Assembly (NCBI GenBank): GCA_030390025.1
Contig: CM059433.1
Span: forward strand, 1,488,001 to 1,552,000
Source of the DNA: Squalus acanthias
Taxonomy: Eukaryota
Direction: 5' to 3'
DNA: 64,000 nt
Shown here: in pieces, positions 37,234-49,639 of the stretch
How the letters are laid out: each line of letters starts with the position of its first letter
Position numbering within the stretch: the first letter of the stretch is position 1
Program-made: the position numbers and the translations under genes
Notes under the pieces: model-generated
Database searches by the model: none
Told to the model about the DNA's origin: nothing
What the model saw: only the letters and a program-made list of their open reading frames with translations

Positions 37234-39871
37234 GCTGTGCTTATTGTGCATAAAAGATAGTTTGGTGGCTTTAAACTTTAATTTTCATAAGATCAACGAG
37301 GTAAAGAGGAACTTAAAGAATGAAGATGACATACGCTCCACGCTTTCCTGGGTCCCCAATTGTTTACGCTGGTTTTTAATGTTCCGGCGTGTGCTGGTGC
37401 GATTCTCAGCAAATTTGGGCGTAAGTTCCCGTCGGCAAGATTGGCGTAGAAACCGGTGTAAATTTTGCTGTGATTTCTGCGTAATTACGATCCAGGAAGT
37501 TCCGAGCCAATGCATCCAACAGTTGAGAAAATTGTTGGTATATTTCATCCTGAAAAGTCGAATTGCTGAAGGTCAATTTCCAGCTTTGACCAAAGCACCG
37601 GATTGCTTCAAATATTATCCTCAAATTGGCAGAACTTTTGTCCGCTGTGGTTCTCTAAACCACCAGAACCACCGCATTAAAGCCCCAGTATTATCGCAGC
37701 TGCAATATGGGGCACTCGTCTGATAATCGAGCACAGCCTTGAACAGTCCAGGCTGTTGCCAGTGGAAACAGCGTTCTTTTAACATCACCCAGAGCAATCG
37801 TCTTTCTTTGATGTTTGGCTTATTGACATATGCACAAGATGAGGCGCTGCCACTGTCACTTGGCAGTGACGCTGTTACACCACCAAGGTTTTAGATTGAA
37901 ATCATTTGAAATGTATTTACTGATCGTGTTTTACTGGAGTGCTCAGTGCCAGTTTAGGGATGCCACATCTTGTTTCCTAACTCTGGTCATAGTGTCGGGT
38001 TATTGTAAGCAGCACAACATACACAATTAGTATGCATTTAATCTCCCTGCTAATTTGGTTAATTATATGGTGCACACCGTTAGTAATCCCAAGTGGACAC
38101 GGATTCCCGCCTTCAACTAGAAAATCCTAGGCGAGCTGCACTGAAATGCACAGGAAAATCCAGGATTTTAGTTCAATTTTTAATGAGCAATTTGAAGTGC
38201 TTTTCAGTTACTGGATGACCACACATTGATAGTGCGTGGCAGTCGAATTGTTGAAAATACCTACAGGTCTTTTTTAGTTTTCTCCAGTTTTCTGTTCAGT
38301 AGTAACATTGTTGAGAAAGAAAAGCATTATTTGCACATTACTGCTGAAGGTCTTAAACCATTAATAAGCTGTGTTTGTCCTTCCAATTCAGGAATGAGGA
38401 TGCATACCGCAATAATCAATAGGTGTCCCCACGGACCTTTCACGCTCATTCCCGGTTGCTAGCCCACATTCTTTCGCTCTACTGACCATTTTCCCAAAAC
38501 ACACCCTGTCTATTTTACAAAGACTTTCTCTGAGAGTTTTTTTCCCCCCCTTAAACAAAGCTAGCTACTTCAATGACTATTCAGCGCCTCTAGACTTAGA
38601 CCTCTCCACGCTGCCTCAGTGAAAGCTGTGTGTGTATAAAGGCTGTTTAAGGGAAAGCCTATCCACAGCTTCTGGAGCGGCACACACATCGCATGACCCG
38701 GCCATCTGTATGCAAATCTCCGCAGACTAAGTAAACTTGGATAAAATGTGCCGACCTCCTCTCTCTCTGTTTAGCAATCATTAGAGCACATTGGCTCTTT
38801 GTGCTATTTTATTACACTTTGTGTAAAGTTTAGATCCTCTGACACCTGCAATAGTTTGCAGCAGATGGCGGAACTTGGCTGCGGCATCCAGCACTTTCCT
38901 TTTCCAAATTGCTCCTGCAATACAGCAAACTCTGATCTGCTTTCTTTTATTTCTTAATATGTATAGAGCAGAGAAGAGATTATCACTAGATTATCAGTGG
39001 CTAGTCAAGAGAGACAAAAGCAATCTGCTGCTTGTTTACATGAGCAGTGTTTGGTGACTATCTTAGACTGTTCACCCTGTTTATGAGCAGGAAATGAACT
39101 CTTACTAACACGAATTTAAAAAAATATATATTTTCAGTTTTCTATTTTTAAAATGAACTTTGAAACTGACATTCAGTTTGTATTTGACTGGGTTGCTTTT
39201 ACTTGAAAGCCTGTGCAGTTTTCAAAAATCTATCGTAAACATTTGGCCATGGATGGCACGGTACACACGGTGCCACAGAACGCCAGGGCATGGGGCTCGG
39301 TGCTAATGGTTCCCCACCCGCAGTGTTCCTAATACCAAGGCTCAGAGCTGAAGCCAAGCACTGACGCACAGAAAGCGAGGACAAACTCGAGCCACGTTGG
39401 GCCACTTTTGTGTGTTTCCCAGTAGTCAGTTTAAGAGCGCAATTGATAAGAATTCTGTGAGCCCTCAGAAGGTAACCTGTTCACCTCAGACCCAGGGAAT
39501 GGAGTCTATCACAGAGACCTACAGAGAGGTGGGGAAATAAAATATAAATGAAAATAGGGGACAAAACAAATAAATAATACATCACATCACAGTGATAATT
39601 TAACACTAAATTCTGCGAATTGAGTGAACGAGTTCACATTTTAGTAAGTTAGCAGCAAAGTGCACACAGATTTAGACAATGAAGGTCCTCTCGAATGCTA
39701 AGTGATTAAACATAGATATTTACATAAGAGTCTATTGTTTTCTGGACAGAACATGTCACAGGGTGATGCCACTTATAAATGAGGTGTGGACCTCACCACA
39801 GAATGCATTAGTGACAAAAAGATGGCAGTTCGTGCTGTGATTGGGCAATTTATAAAGATTTATGGCTTATA

Positions 39872-40308
39872 GAAAGAAAGACTTGCATTTATATAGCGCC
39901 TTTCACGACCACCGGACGTCTCAAAGCGCTTTACAGCCAATGAAGTACTTTTGAAGTGTAGTCACTGTTGTAATGTGGGAAACGCGGCAGCCAATTGCAC
40001 ACAGCAAGCTCCCACAAACGGCAATGTGATAAATGACCAGATAATCTGTTTTTAGTGATGTTGGTTGAGGGATAAATATTGGCCCAGGACACCGGGGAGA
40101 ACTCCTCTGCTCTTCTTCGAAATAGTGCCCGTGGGATCTTTTACGTCCACCTGAGAGAGCAGACGGGGCCTTGGTTTAATGTCTCATCCGAAAGACGGCA
40201 CCTGGAGTGTCAGCCTAGCTTGATGTGCTCAAGTTCCTGGAGTGAGACTTGAACCCACAACCTTCTGCCTCAGAGGTGAGGGTGCTGCCCACTGAGCCAC
40301 AGCTGACA
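39872..40308 (-). mobile_element. tRNA-derived SINE (SacSINE1/DeuSINE-like)
   Basis: Reverse complement of the 15181 copy with an internal deletion. Confidence 0.88.
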
Positions 40309-40789
40309 CAAGGTAGCAGGTTTGAATATTGTGATGCATAAAATATCTTTTTTTTAATCTATATTGTTATTTTGAAAGATTTTTGTGATTTTTTAAATCT
40401 GACTTTAACTTTGGACTATCTCTTATTGTCTCCACCCGATAGTTTAGAAACAAGATATATCCATCTTAAATTCTGCCTTGCCAATGTAACCTCAAATTCC
40501 TTTGTGCCCATTTTCGCTGCCACTCCAGACGCGAGCCCATTGCTTCTATCTTTTCTTTGTTTCTTTTCTCATTACTCTTCTTGGGCCTTCTTTCCTGTCC
40601 CCTCCCCTTCCATTCACCCAGTCATGCCACCTTTCATTTCTCACCTCTCAGGTACATTGTTCTCCCCCAAATCCATACCCCAACCCTCAATTTCTTTGCC
40701 TTCCTACTCTACTGCCACCATCTCAGGCTTGAATCCCTCTTGGATAAGCCCAGTTACCCTCTGTGCCTCTCTCGACATTCTCCAAAAGG

Positions 40790-41990
40790 CCCCAATCATT
40801 TGCTCAAATCCCTCTTTCTTGCCTCCTCCACCCTAAACTCCAACAACAAGTGTGAGGAGCTCATGGGCTTCTTTGGCTCTACGATTGAGACCACCCATTC
40901 AGTTTCTTCCACATCACCCCCTTCCCTGTGCAACCAAACCAAATTTCACCCAAGGTTCCTCTTTGCTGTAGCCCTGAACACGCGTCTCTCTCCAGTTCCC
41001 CTCAGGCTATCTGTCAGCTTGTCTCAATGCTATTTCACTAGATTGCTGACCACCCAACCTCCCTTCCTGGCTCCGATGTCAGCTGACATTGTAAACGATT
41101 CCCTCTCCTCGGGTACTGTCCCCCTCCCTTTTAAAACTGCTGTCATCACCCTCTTCTCAAGAACTCCACCCTCGACCCCTCTGTTCTTGCAAACTACCTC
41201 ACTATTTCTAACCTCCCTTTACTCTCAAAAGCCATGAACATAGTGCCGCCTCCCAAATCCATACCCATCTTTCCTGCAACTCCGTGTTTGAACCTCTCCC
41301 ATCATGTTTCCACCCCTGCACAGGATTAAAATGGTCCGAATCAAAGTCACAAATGACATCAGCTGTGACTATGACCATGGTTTATTATCCCTCCTCGTCC
41401 TTCTCGATCTCTCTGCTGCCTTTGACACAGTCGATCACACTATCCTCCTCCAAAGCTGCTCCTCTGTTGTCCAGCTGAGCGGGGCTCCTCGCGCCATATT
41501 CCATGCTTATCTAACCAATCGTAGCCAAAGAATCTCAGCAATGGATTCTTTTACCTCCCCCATACTGTTAACTCTGCAGTCCCCCAAGGGTTGTTACTTG
41601 CCCCTTCAGCAACAACATCCAAAGACATGACGTCAGGTTCTACACGTATGCTGAGGACACCCAGCTCGACCTCTCCACCACCTCTCCTGACCCCTCCACG
41701 GCCTCTGTGTTGTCAGTCTGCTTGTATGACTTCCACCCCTGGATCAGCTGCAACTTCCTTCAGTTAAACATTGCAAAGCTTTTGGCCCCCACCACTAACT
41801 CTGTTCTCTCACCAACAATTGAGACCATCTCAGGCTGAACCAAACACTTTGCAACCTCGCCGTCCAATTTGACCCTGAGCTGAGCTTCCGACCCCACATA
41901 CACTCTTCACCTTTACTACTACTACCTCCCCCTCCATAGCATTGCCTGCCTCAACACATCTGCTGCTAAAACCCTCAGCCATGCTTTTTT
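40790..41990 (+). mobile_element. Degraded L2 LINE RT fragment
   Basis: IVNDSLSSGTVPLPFKTAVI, KVTNDI...LLVLLDLSAAFDTVDH, YAEDTQL. Confidence 0.85.
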
Positions 41991-42927
41991 AAACGCATTT
42001 ACAATTTTACCACATTGAAGCATAAAGGAAATCTTCCCCCATACTGAGATTTCTTTAAAAAAATCTGCCTGGCAGTTTTTATTCTAACTCCCTTATCCCA
42101 CCAAACCACTTTGCATCTCAGGAATACAAGATGTTTTGATCAAACATCTGGAATTTCCCTTTAGATTGAATGCCTATTTTGTGGTTTCAAGTGTTTGTGG
42201 ATGTCGTTGTACCTCTACACCTGTCCAAGGAATGTCGAACTTTGTTGGTGTAAGTACCACAATTAAACTGAACAATGTGGCATTCAGACCAGACAATGAA
42301 TGAACAGGTGCACGTTTATCATAGGCTTTAGCATACTGGAGCCCATTTTGGCACAAGGCAAAGCCAACTGTTAAAATAGAGGCTAGAGAGCCAAAATCCA
42401 GTTGAATACTTACCTTTGAGTTAATGATTGCCATTAGATTGTGGATATGTGTACTTATTGTTTACTTGGATTAATAGATAGTGTGTTTTGTGTGTTCTGA
42501 TTGGCTGGCCAACAGGAAGCAGGTGCCAGGATTGAATATGGTTTCATGTTCTAAGATGCTGCTTCAATTTGAAATCCTTACTTCCTTATGTTCTCTATCT
42601 ACTAATAGCTATAGCTCAGTCTCCAGCAGGTTCTATTCTACAATGGGAAAAGAGCCGATTAAAGTACTTGGCTTTCGCCTTGTGCTTTGATCAGCTCTGT
42701 GCCCTGTGGTCCAGCAGAGTCTTGCTGGAGAGTACATTACAACTTCATTAATATTCATACATTTCTGTTCTGCTAACCAGCTGTGAGGCTCTGACTTTAT
42801 AAATACCAACTCTTAGCACGAGTGAAGGGTTTAAGAGGCTGAATAGCACCATGCATCTGTTGTGTTTCTTGCTACTATTCTCAGAAAACTGGCAAAACCT
42901 GTGCTTAACTCTATCTTCAATATATCA

Positions 42928-43058
42928 TGATGCGGAGATGCCGGTGTTGGACTGGGGTGGACAAAAATGAGAAGTCGCACAACACCAGGTTATAGTCCAA
43001 CAGTTTTATTTGAAAATAAAACTGTTGGACTATAACCTGGTGTTGTGCGACTTCTCAT
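42928..43058. mobile_element. Miniature palindromic Penelope insertion (termini only)
   Basis: 47-bp perfect inverted arms at 42965..43011 and 43014..43060. Target duplication ttcaatatatca at 42916..42927 and 43059..43070. Confidence 0.92.
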
Positions 43059-43109
43059 TTCAATATATCAGGTCAACAATCTAGTTTCAATTTTCTCCAC
43101 TCCACTCCT

Positions 43110-43300
43110 GTACGCTCGCTACCTCTCTCTGCTCCTTTCAGACACTCCTTGAAATCTACCTCTTTGACCAAGTTTTTGGTCACCTGTCCTAATATCTCCT
43201 AATGTGGCTCAGTGTCATATTTTGTTTGATAATCGCTCCTGTGAAGTGCCTCGGGATGTTTTAGTGTGTTAAAGGCGCTGTATAAATGCAAGTTGTTGTT
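43110..43300 (+). mobile_element. L2 3' end
   Basis: Reverse complement of about 21010..21200. Confidence 0.8.
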
Positions 43301-44019
43301 TTTATTGAAGGCACTGGGGTCCAGTTCCACAGATGCCAGCAACCCTCTGTTACTACATCCAAGTGGCCATTCTTCATATGTGAGGCTAGACAATCAAACG
43401 GGCTTTTGATGGAATGTTTTCCTACGTTAACGTCATTATATGAATTCAAGGTGGTGGTGTTGTTCTTGTGCTGCTGTTTTTGACAATGATCGGGGACAGC
43501 AGTGCAGTCAAGGCCGCTCCTGTTGGGGAGACCCAAGGATTCCTTCTGGGGCCTGGAGCAGCACTCCTGCTCCCCCGACACACAAGGAACCCTCCCGAAG
43601 ATTAAAAAATAAAACTTACCGTGATCTTTTCTGGCTATTCTTCTGGGTAGGCCTCCCCCCAGGTTGTAGTTAAAATAGCGCCACGGTGCTGATGATGTCA
43701 CTGGGCCATGACTTTTACATTTCAGTCAGGCCCACGCCTGTCTGTAGCAGGAGCCTTGGTCAATTTGACATTCAGCGAAGATCAAATGGCACTGGACGGG
43801 AATGGGGCAACTTCGGGCCCCCAGATTTTAACCCCTCCCACGCACCACTCCTGCCCAGCCGGGGGAGTGGATAATATTGACCACCTGCGATAAAATCTGA
43901 GACCATCTCAAACTGTTTTGATTGGCACTACAACAGAAGGTGCCTTTGGAAACTGGTTCATTGGGGGAGCCCAATAGTTTACGTGTTATTATCATTGTCT
44001 TATTACAGCTGTGCAGGAA

Positions 44020-44460
44020 TTACAGCACAGAAAGAGGACATTCAGCCCACAAGGCCTGTGCTGTTTCTAGCCCATTGACTGGAGCTCTGTTCCAATCCCA
44101 TTCCCCTGTCCTTTCCTGTACAATTTATGTTCTTCCTTTCAATTTCTAGTCCAGTTCCATTTGAAATGATGTTATAGTCTCTGGCTCAATAGTATCCTAT
44201 GGTAAAGCATTCCATATTCTAATAACCTTCTGTGTGAAGATGTTTTTTCTAACATCCCCTCATTCTTCTAGTGATTTAGTCTGAATCTATGCCCACTTGT
44301 TGCCAATTTTCCAACCAGTAGAAATAGGGCCTTCACTATTTACTTTCTCAAAACCTTAGATAGTTTTGAAAACCTGTATTAGATTCCCCTTTAAACTTTT
44401 CTCTTCCAGCCTTCATTTCTAACTATAGTTCTCATTCTGGTATCATTCTCGTGAATACTC
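44020..44460 (-). mobile_element. Old degraded CR1 3' fragment
   Basis: Patchy reverse-complement CR1 motifs (cacagaaagaggacattcagccc, gcattccat...ttctgtgtgaag). Confidence 0.55.
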
Positions 44461-44735
44461 CAATCAGCTACTAGTCTGTGGTCTATTTGAGTTATGTAAC
44501 TGTTACAAACTGATGTAAAATAGCAACTGAAAGTTATTTTTCAAAAGATTTTTTTACATCAAAATGACCGTATATTTTTGATTATTAATTACATATTCAC
44601 TTTGTATGAATGCTTGGACCGTTCTGCTTTGTAAGCAGACCATGAATATTAATCTGGGAATTAGAATAACAATAACACCCATAAACATTGGGGTCGACGG
44701 GATGAGCATCAGGGGATGGAGGATCGGGGCTGGAT

Positions 44736-45387
44736 GGGGGATCGGAGGCCTCGTGGGGGGGGGATCGGAGGCCTCGTGGGGGGGGGATCGGAGGTCTCGT
44801 GGGGGGGGGATCGGAGGTCTCGTGGGGGGGGGGATCGGAGGCCTCGTGGGGGGGGGATCAGAGGCCTCGTGGGGGGGGATCAGAGGCCTCGTGGGGGGGG
44901 GATCGGAGGTCTCGTGGGGGGGGGATCGGAGGTCTCGTGGGGGGGGGGATCGGAGGCCTTGTGGGGGGGGGTATCGGAGGTCTCGTGGGGGGGGTATCGG
45001 AGGCCTCGTTGGGGGGGGATCGGAGGTCTCGTGGGGGGGGTATCGGAGGCCTCGTTGGGGGGGGGATCGGAGGCCTTGTGGGGGGGGGTATCGGAGGTCT
45101 CGTGGTGGGGGGGATCGGAGGCCTTGTGGGGGGGGGGGTATCGGAGGTCTCGTGGTGGGGGGGATCGGAGGCCTTGTGGGGGGGGTATCGAAGGTCTCGT
45201 GGGGGGGGGATCGGAGGCCTCGTGGGGGGGATCGGAGGCCTCGTGGGGGGGGGATCGGAGGCCTCGTGGGGGGGGGGGGGATCGGAGGCCTTGTGGGGGG
45301 GGGGGATCGGAGGCCTCGTGGGGGGGGATCGGAGGCCTTGTGGGGGGGGGTATCGGAGGCCTCGTGGGGGGGGGATCGGAGGTCTCG
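44736..45387 (+). repeat. G-rich minisatellite, ~23-bp unit atcggagg(c/t)ctcgt followed by a G run
   Basis: Roughly 28 tandem units visible directly. Confidence 0.95.
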
Positions 45388-45786
45388 GCTGGGGGAGGGG
45401 GGGTTGGGTGGGGCGGTGGTTTCCGATCGTGGGGGGCTGGGTGAGGCAGGGACGCTGGATCCAGAAGGTAAGTGGAAAGGCTCTTACCTCCTGGAATCCA
45501 GCAGCCTTCGCCTTCCTTTAGCTGGCGGGTTACCCAAGGCCTGCGAAACCCGACCAGCCAGAGTTAAATTTGTAATAGTGGTTAAATCTGAGGCACGCCA
45601 GCCTCATTATAATATTTAAATGGGTGACCCGCCTCCTGGGAGCAGGTTGGCTGCCTCCTGTCCCGCCTCCGTTAAAACCAGAAGTTGGCGGGTTGGAGGT
45701 GGGTTGGTGTTGGGATTCAGTTTTCTAACACTTTAACCTCCCACCTGACATCAACCCACCTGTTCTTTGGGGTTAAAACTCCCCCC
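45388..45786. mobile_element. MITE arm adjoining the minisatellite, related to 33908..34602
   Basis: gcgggttggaggtgggttg is the reverse complement of caacccacctccaacccgc near 33997. Ends aaaactcccccc. Confidence 0.65.
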
Positions 45787-45796
45787 TATATTTTTC

Positions 45797-46215
45797 CTAC
45801 TTTTCAAACCATGGCTTCTTCAAGGAATTTTTGATATCCTCATATTTGATGGTTACATCAACTGCAGAGATATCTTGAAATAGGATATCATGTTTCCATA
45901 GGGTGCCATCTGATAACTTGAACCTTGGTTCGATATAGGATATCCAATCGTATGTTCTTACCTTGTCTTTCAGTTTTTCTAGTATTTTATTGTGTCTCTT
46001 AATCCTTGCCTTCTTGGCTGAGAGACACCCACCAGATATATAAGTTATGGTTTCATTAGCAAGCTCGCAATTCCTACACATTTTTGTTGTTTCCATCCTT
46101 CTAGCAATAATGTGCATCTGGTGGGCTAAAGGTTTGATTTGACGACTAGGGCATTGACAAATTTGGATTGTTTGATCCTGCTCATTAAGCTAATCCAGTT
46201 GTTTGATGACTCCCC
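45797..46215 (-). pseudogene. R2-like non-LTR relic: zinc knuckle plus restriction-like endonuclease
   Basis: SNNWI...ALVVKSNL*PTR, then after a frameshift CRNCELANETITYISGGC...RIKRHNKI...EPRFK...LWKHDILF...VDVTIKYE. Confidence 0.8.
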
Positions 46216-47949
46216 TGTACTTCTTCGAGTGTCAGGGAATCTTTTGTGTCCACCTAGAAGTTGGAAGCATCTTGTTTGAGTGAAAAGATACTGCTTAAGG
46301 GTCTAGGCTTTGGTTTGTAGGATTCTGGTAGATTCCTCTGAAGCTACATAGTGCTGAGTGCAAAAGGATCTTCAAGCTTGTAGGTAAATCTTTAGACGGC
46401 CTTGCTCATTACTTCTCATGGTTGACTGGAATATGTCAGGCCTGGAGCTCCCAAGTTGGTGAAGATCTTTAAGGCAGCAGTGCTCATTACTTCTTTTCTG
46501 GAGTTCACCAATCACGCGGCGTCGGCTTGGCATCTCGAGAGGACTAGCAATCGACTATGCAGTTGTTAATAGGTTAACTCATCCTTTGCTTTCCAGAAAA
46601 TTGCATTGTTCGACATTACTGGGAAACCTTGCAGCGCTGCCCAATTCCTTTCTTCATCAAGAGGGTGCCTCTTAGCTGACTTGAGCAGGATACTGGCTCC
46701 AAAACAAAGGATGACTGCCAAGTCAGAGATCCTGACAGCTTCTGTGATGTTAACAACGATCGTGCCAAGGTGCTCTGCCACAAGAAGGCTATTGCTGACC
46801 ACAAAGCCTGGGACAGGGTCTGTAATGACTGCTGATAGAGTGGTCTCGGCAGCAGATAATATGGCCAATGATTTCCTTGTCTCAGTAGCTGAAGTCATAA
46901 CCAAGCTGAAGCGAGAGACTGTGCTAGCCCTTCATCCACAAAGCAGCCACCTTTTAAAGTAACTACAAAAAGGAAGTTGTGCTGTTAGCCAAAATCAGAG
47001 GCTTTTAAAATGGCACTTGAAGCCTCTTCATAGCAATCAAGAACTGCTGTGAATATAGATAATAATGCAGCATGTTGTGAGATCAGAAGGATTATTAGGG
47101 AGATGGAACAGGATCAGTGGGTTGTATCTCTCCATAAGTGTGTGAAGAAGAGAAGACGAAGAAGTACAATTACACAAAAATGATCCAAAATGACTTTTTC
47201 CACTGGTTAAAAGTCTGTTACTGATCACAGTCAAAAGGGCCGTAGTCTAGTGCCAATGTCTAGCAAGTCAGTCACTTTCTAGCAGATCCCCAAGGTTATT
47301 TCAAGGTCCAGAAAGAACATTATACTGAGTTATTCTTTGACCCAAGAAGCTGTAGTGATGGCCAACCTGCATGGAGAGATAAGACTGCTGCATAGGTTGA
47401 AGGCCTTCATGAACCAGTTCAATGAAAGAAAGTGGACTCCACATTTTTTCACCTATCTAACGATATGGTGCCTGGTGTGGATGGTTTTCATGCAAATTTC
47501 CTAAGAATTGCTCCTGTTAAGTGAAGTGCAATGGTATTGAGAACAATCTGGAACTAGCCTTTGAGCCTAGTAAATAGGATTTTATTTGAGGCCTGCACAC
47601 CCCCTGTGTTTCAGAGCGCAGTCATGGTTTCTATGGAAAAGAAGTGGATCCTAGTGAACCTGAAAACTACCCTGGAATCTCACCGCTGTTAGTGGCACCT
47701 AAAGTGGTTCTTTCGATTTCCACAACATACTTTGGAGGATCGAAGGTGCCGGCCTTCGGCGGGGGTTGTGGGGGTTGAACATTTTCCACAGAAAAGATTT
47801 AAAAATTAATTACATTTAAAAGGTGTGTTTTTAATTACAGTGGATTTGTACAGGTTTAAAATTCTCCTTGCAGTTTTAGACTGCAGCTGCTGAGAAAAAG
47901 AGAAGTTTACGTGTTAATGGATTATGCACTCAAGATGTGTTTACATGGC

Positions 47950-48825
47950 TTTTTTTTTATTCGTTCCTGGGATGTGGGTGTCGCTGGCAAGGCCAGCATT
48001 TATTGCCCATCCCTAGTTGCCCTCGAGAAGGTGGGGGTGAGCCGCCTTCTTGAACCGCTGCAGTCCGTGTGGTGAAGGTGCTCCCACAGTGCTGTTAGGG
48101 AGGGAGTTCCAGGATTTTGACCCAACGACGATGAAGGATCGGCAATATACTTCTAAGTCAGTGTGTGACTTGGAGGGGAACTTGGAGGTGGTGGTGTTCC
48201 CATGCGCCTGCTGCCCTTGTCCTTCTAGGTGGAAGAGGTCGCGGGTTTGGGAGGTGCTGCCGAAGAAGCCTTGGCGAGTTGCTGCAGTGCATCTTGTAGA
48301 TGGTACACACTGCAGCCATGGTACGTGGAGGGAGTGAATGTTTAAGGTGGTGGATGGGCTGCCAATCAAGCGGGCTGCTTTGTTCTGGATGGTGTCGAGC
48401 TTCTTGAGTGTTGTTGGAGCTGCACTCATCCAGGCAAGTGGAGAGTACTCCATCACACTCCTTACTTGTGCCTTGTAGATGGTGGAAAGGCTTTGGGTAG
48501 TCAGGAGGTGAGACACTCGCCGCAGAATACCAAGCCTCTGACCTGCTCTTGTTGCCACAGTATTTATGTGGCTGGTCCAGTTAAGTTTCTGGTCAATGGT
48601 GACCCCCAGGATGTTGATGGTGGGGGATTCGGCGATGGTAATGCCATTGAATGTCAAGGGGCGGTGGTTAGACTCTTGCTTGTTGGAGATAGTCATTGCT
48701 TGGCACTTGTGTGGCGCGAATGTTACCTGCCACTTATCAGCCCAAGCCTGAATGTCGTCCAGGTTTTGTTGCATGCGGGCATGGACTGCTTCATTATCTG
48801 AGGAGTTGTGAATGGTACTGAACTG
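47950..48825 (-). mobile_element. CR1/L2-group LINE 3' fragment, same family as 1..1268
   Basis: Highly similar to about 375..1260 in reverse complement, with a poly(T) tail at 47950. Confidence 0.92.
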
Positions 48826-49639
48826 TGACCAGGAATAATAGGGTTCAGACTTCCTATAAACATCCACATTTATTATCTTTGGGGTGAGCTTATTCGTGTC
48901 AACCCAGCATGGGGTCGCTGCAGAGAATCCACTCCTGGGAGGCTGGGAATTAATTTCATTGACAAGTTTACCTGGAAAATCACTGAGCGGGGAAGCTCCC
49001 CACTACCTGTGATCAGAAGGAACAACATGGTAAAAAGGAATGTGAGTAGAGTTTAGTTTGGCATAAAATCTGGTAAGGGAGACAAGATGTGAACAGATTC
49101 CCTTTTTAACAGGGAACCAGTCAGACTCAGTGACAAGGCAGACCAGATATAGTTAAGTGATACCGCTAATAGATTTAGTGCGTCGTGTTTTTAGTATTTT
49201 TTTTCATGAGGATGGAACAGGAGTTAATTAGATTAAGGTGAGATTTGATTATAACTGTTACTCTGTACGTTCATTTGCTGTCTGTAAAATAAAGCAGCTT
49301 AAAGATTTGTATCTGGCCATGTCTCACTAAAGTGTCACTGATCCATCTACTGAAATATTGGAGAGGGTCACACGGGTGAGACACAATATCCAGTTCATGT
49401 CACAAGGGGTACTAAATATTGAGTCCCCAGGCTACACTTGCCTATGATTAGATATTGGGCAGTACAGGTGCACTCCTGAACATAGGACACAGAGCCCGCT
49501 TACGGGAATGACTGGTGCCACCGAATCAAAGAGAATATCTAAGGCAGAGCTCAAAATTGTAACAAGGAACAACCAGAAAGGAACAGGCAGGAATTCACTC
49601 TTGCAAGAAATATATAGGATAGGTTATGGCTTTATATGG

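Noticed and set aside
44606..45619. Gly-rich ORFs of 240-337 aa
   Set aside because: Open in all three frames because the G-rich minisatellite lacks stop codons.
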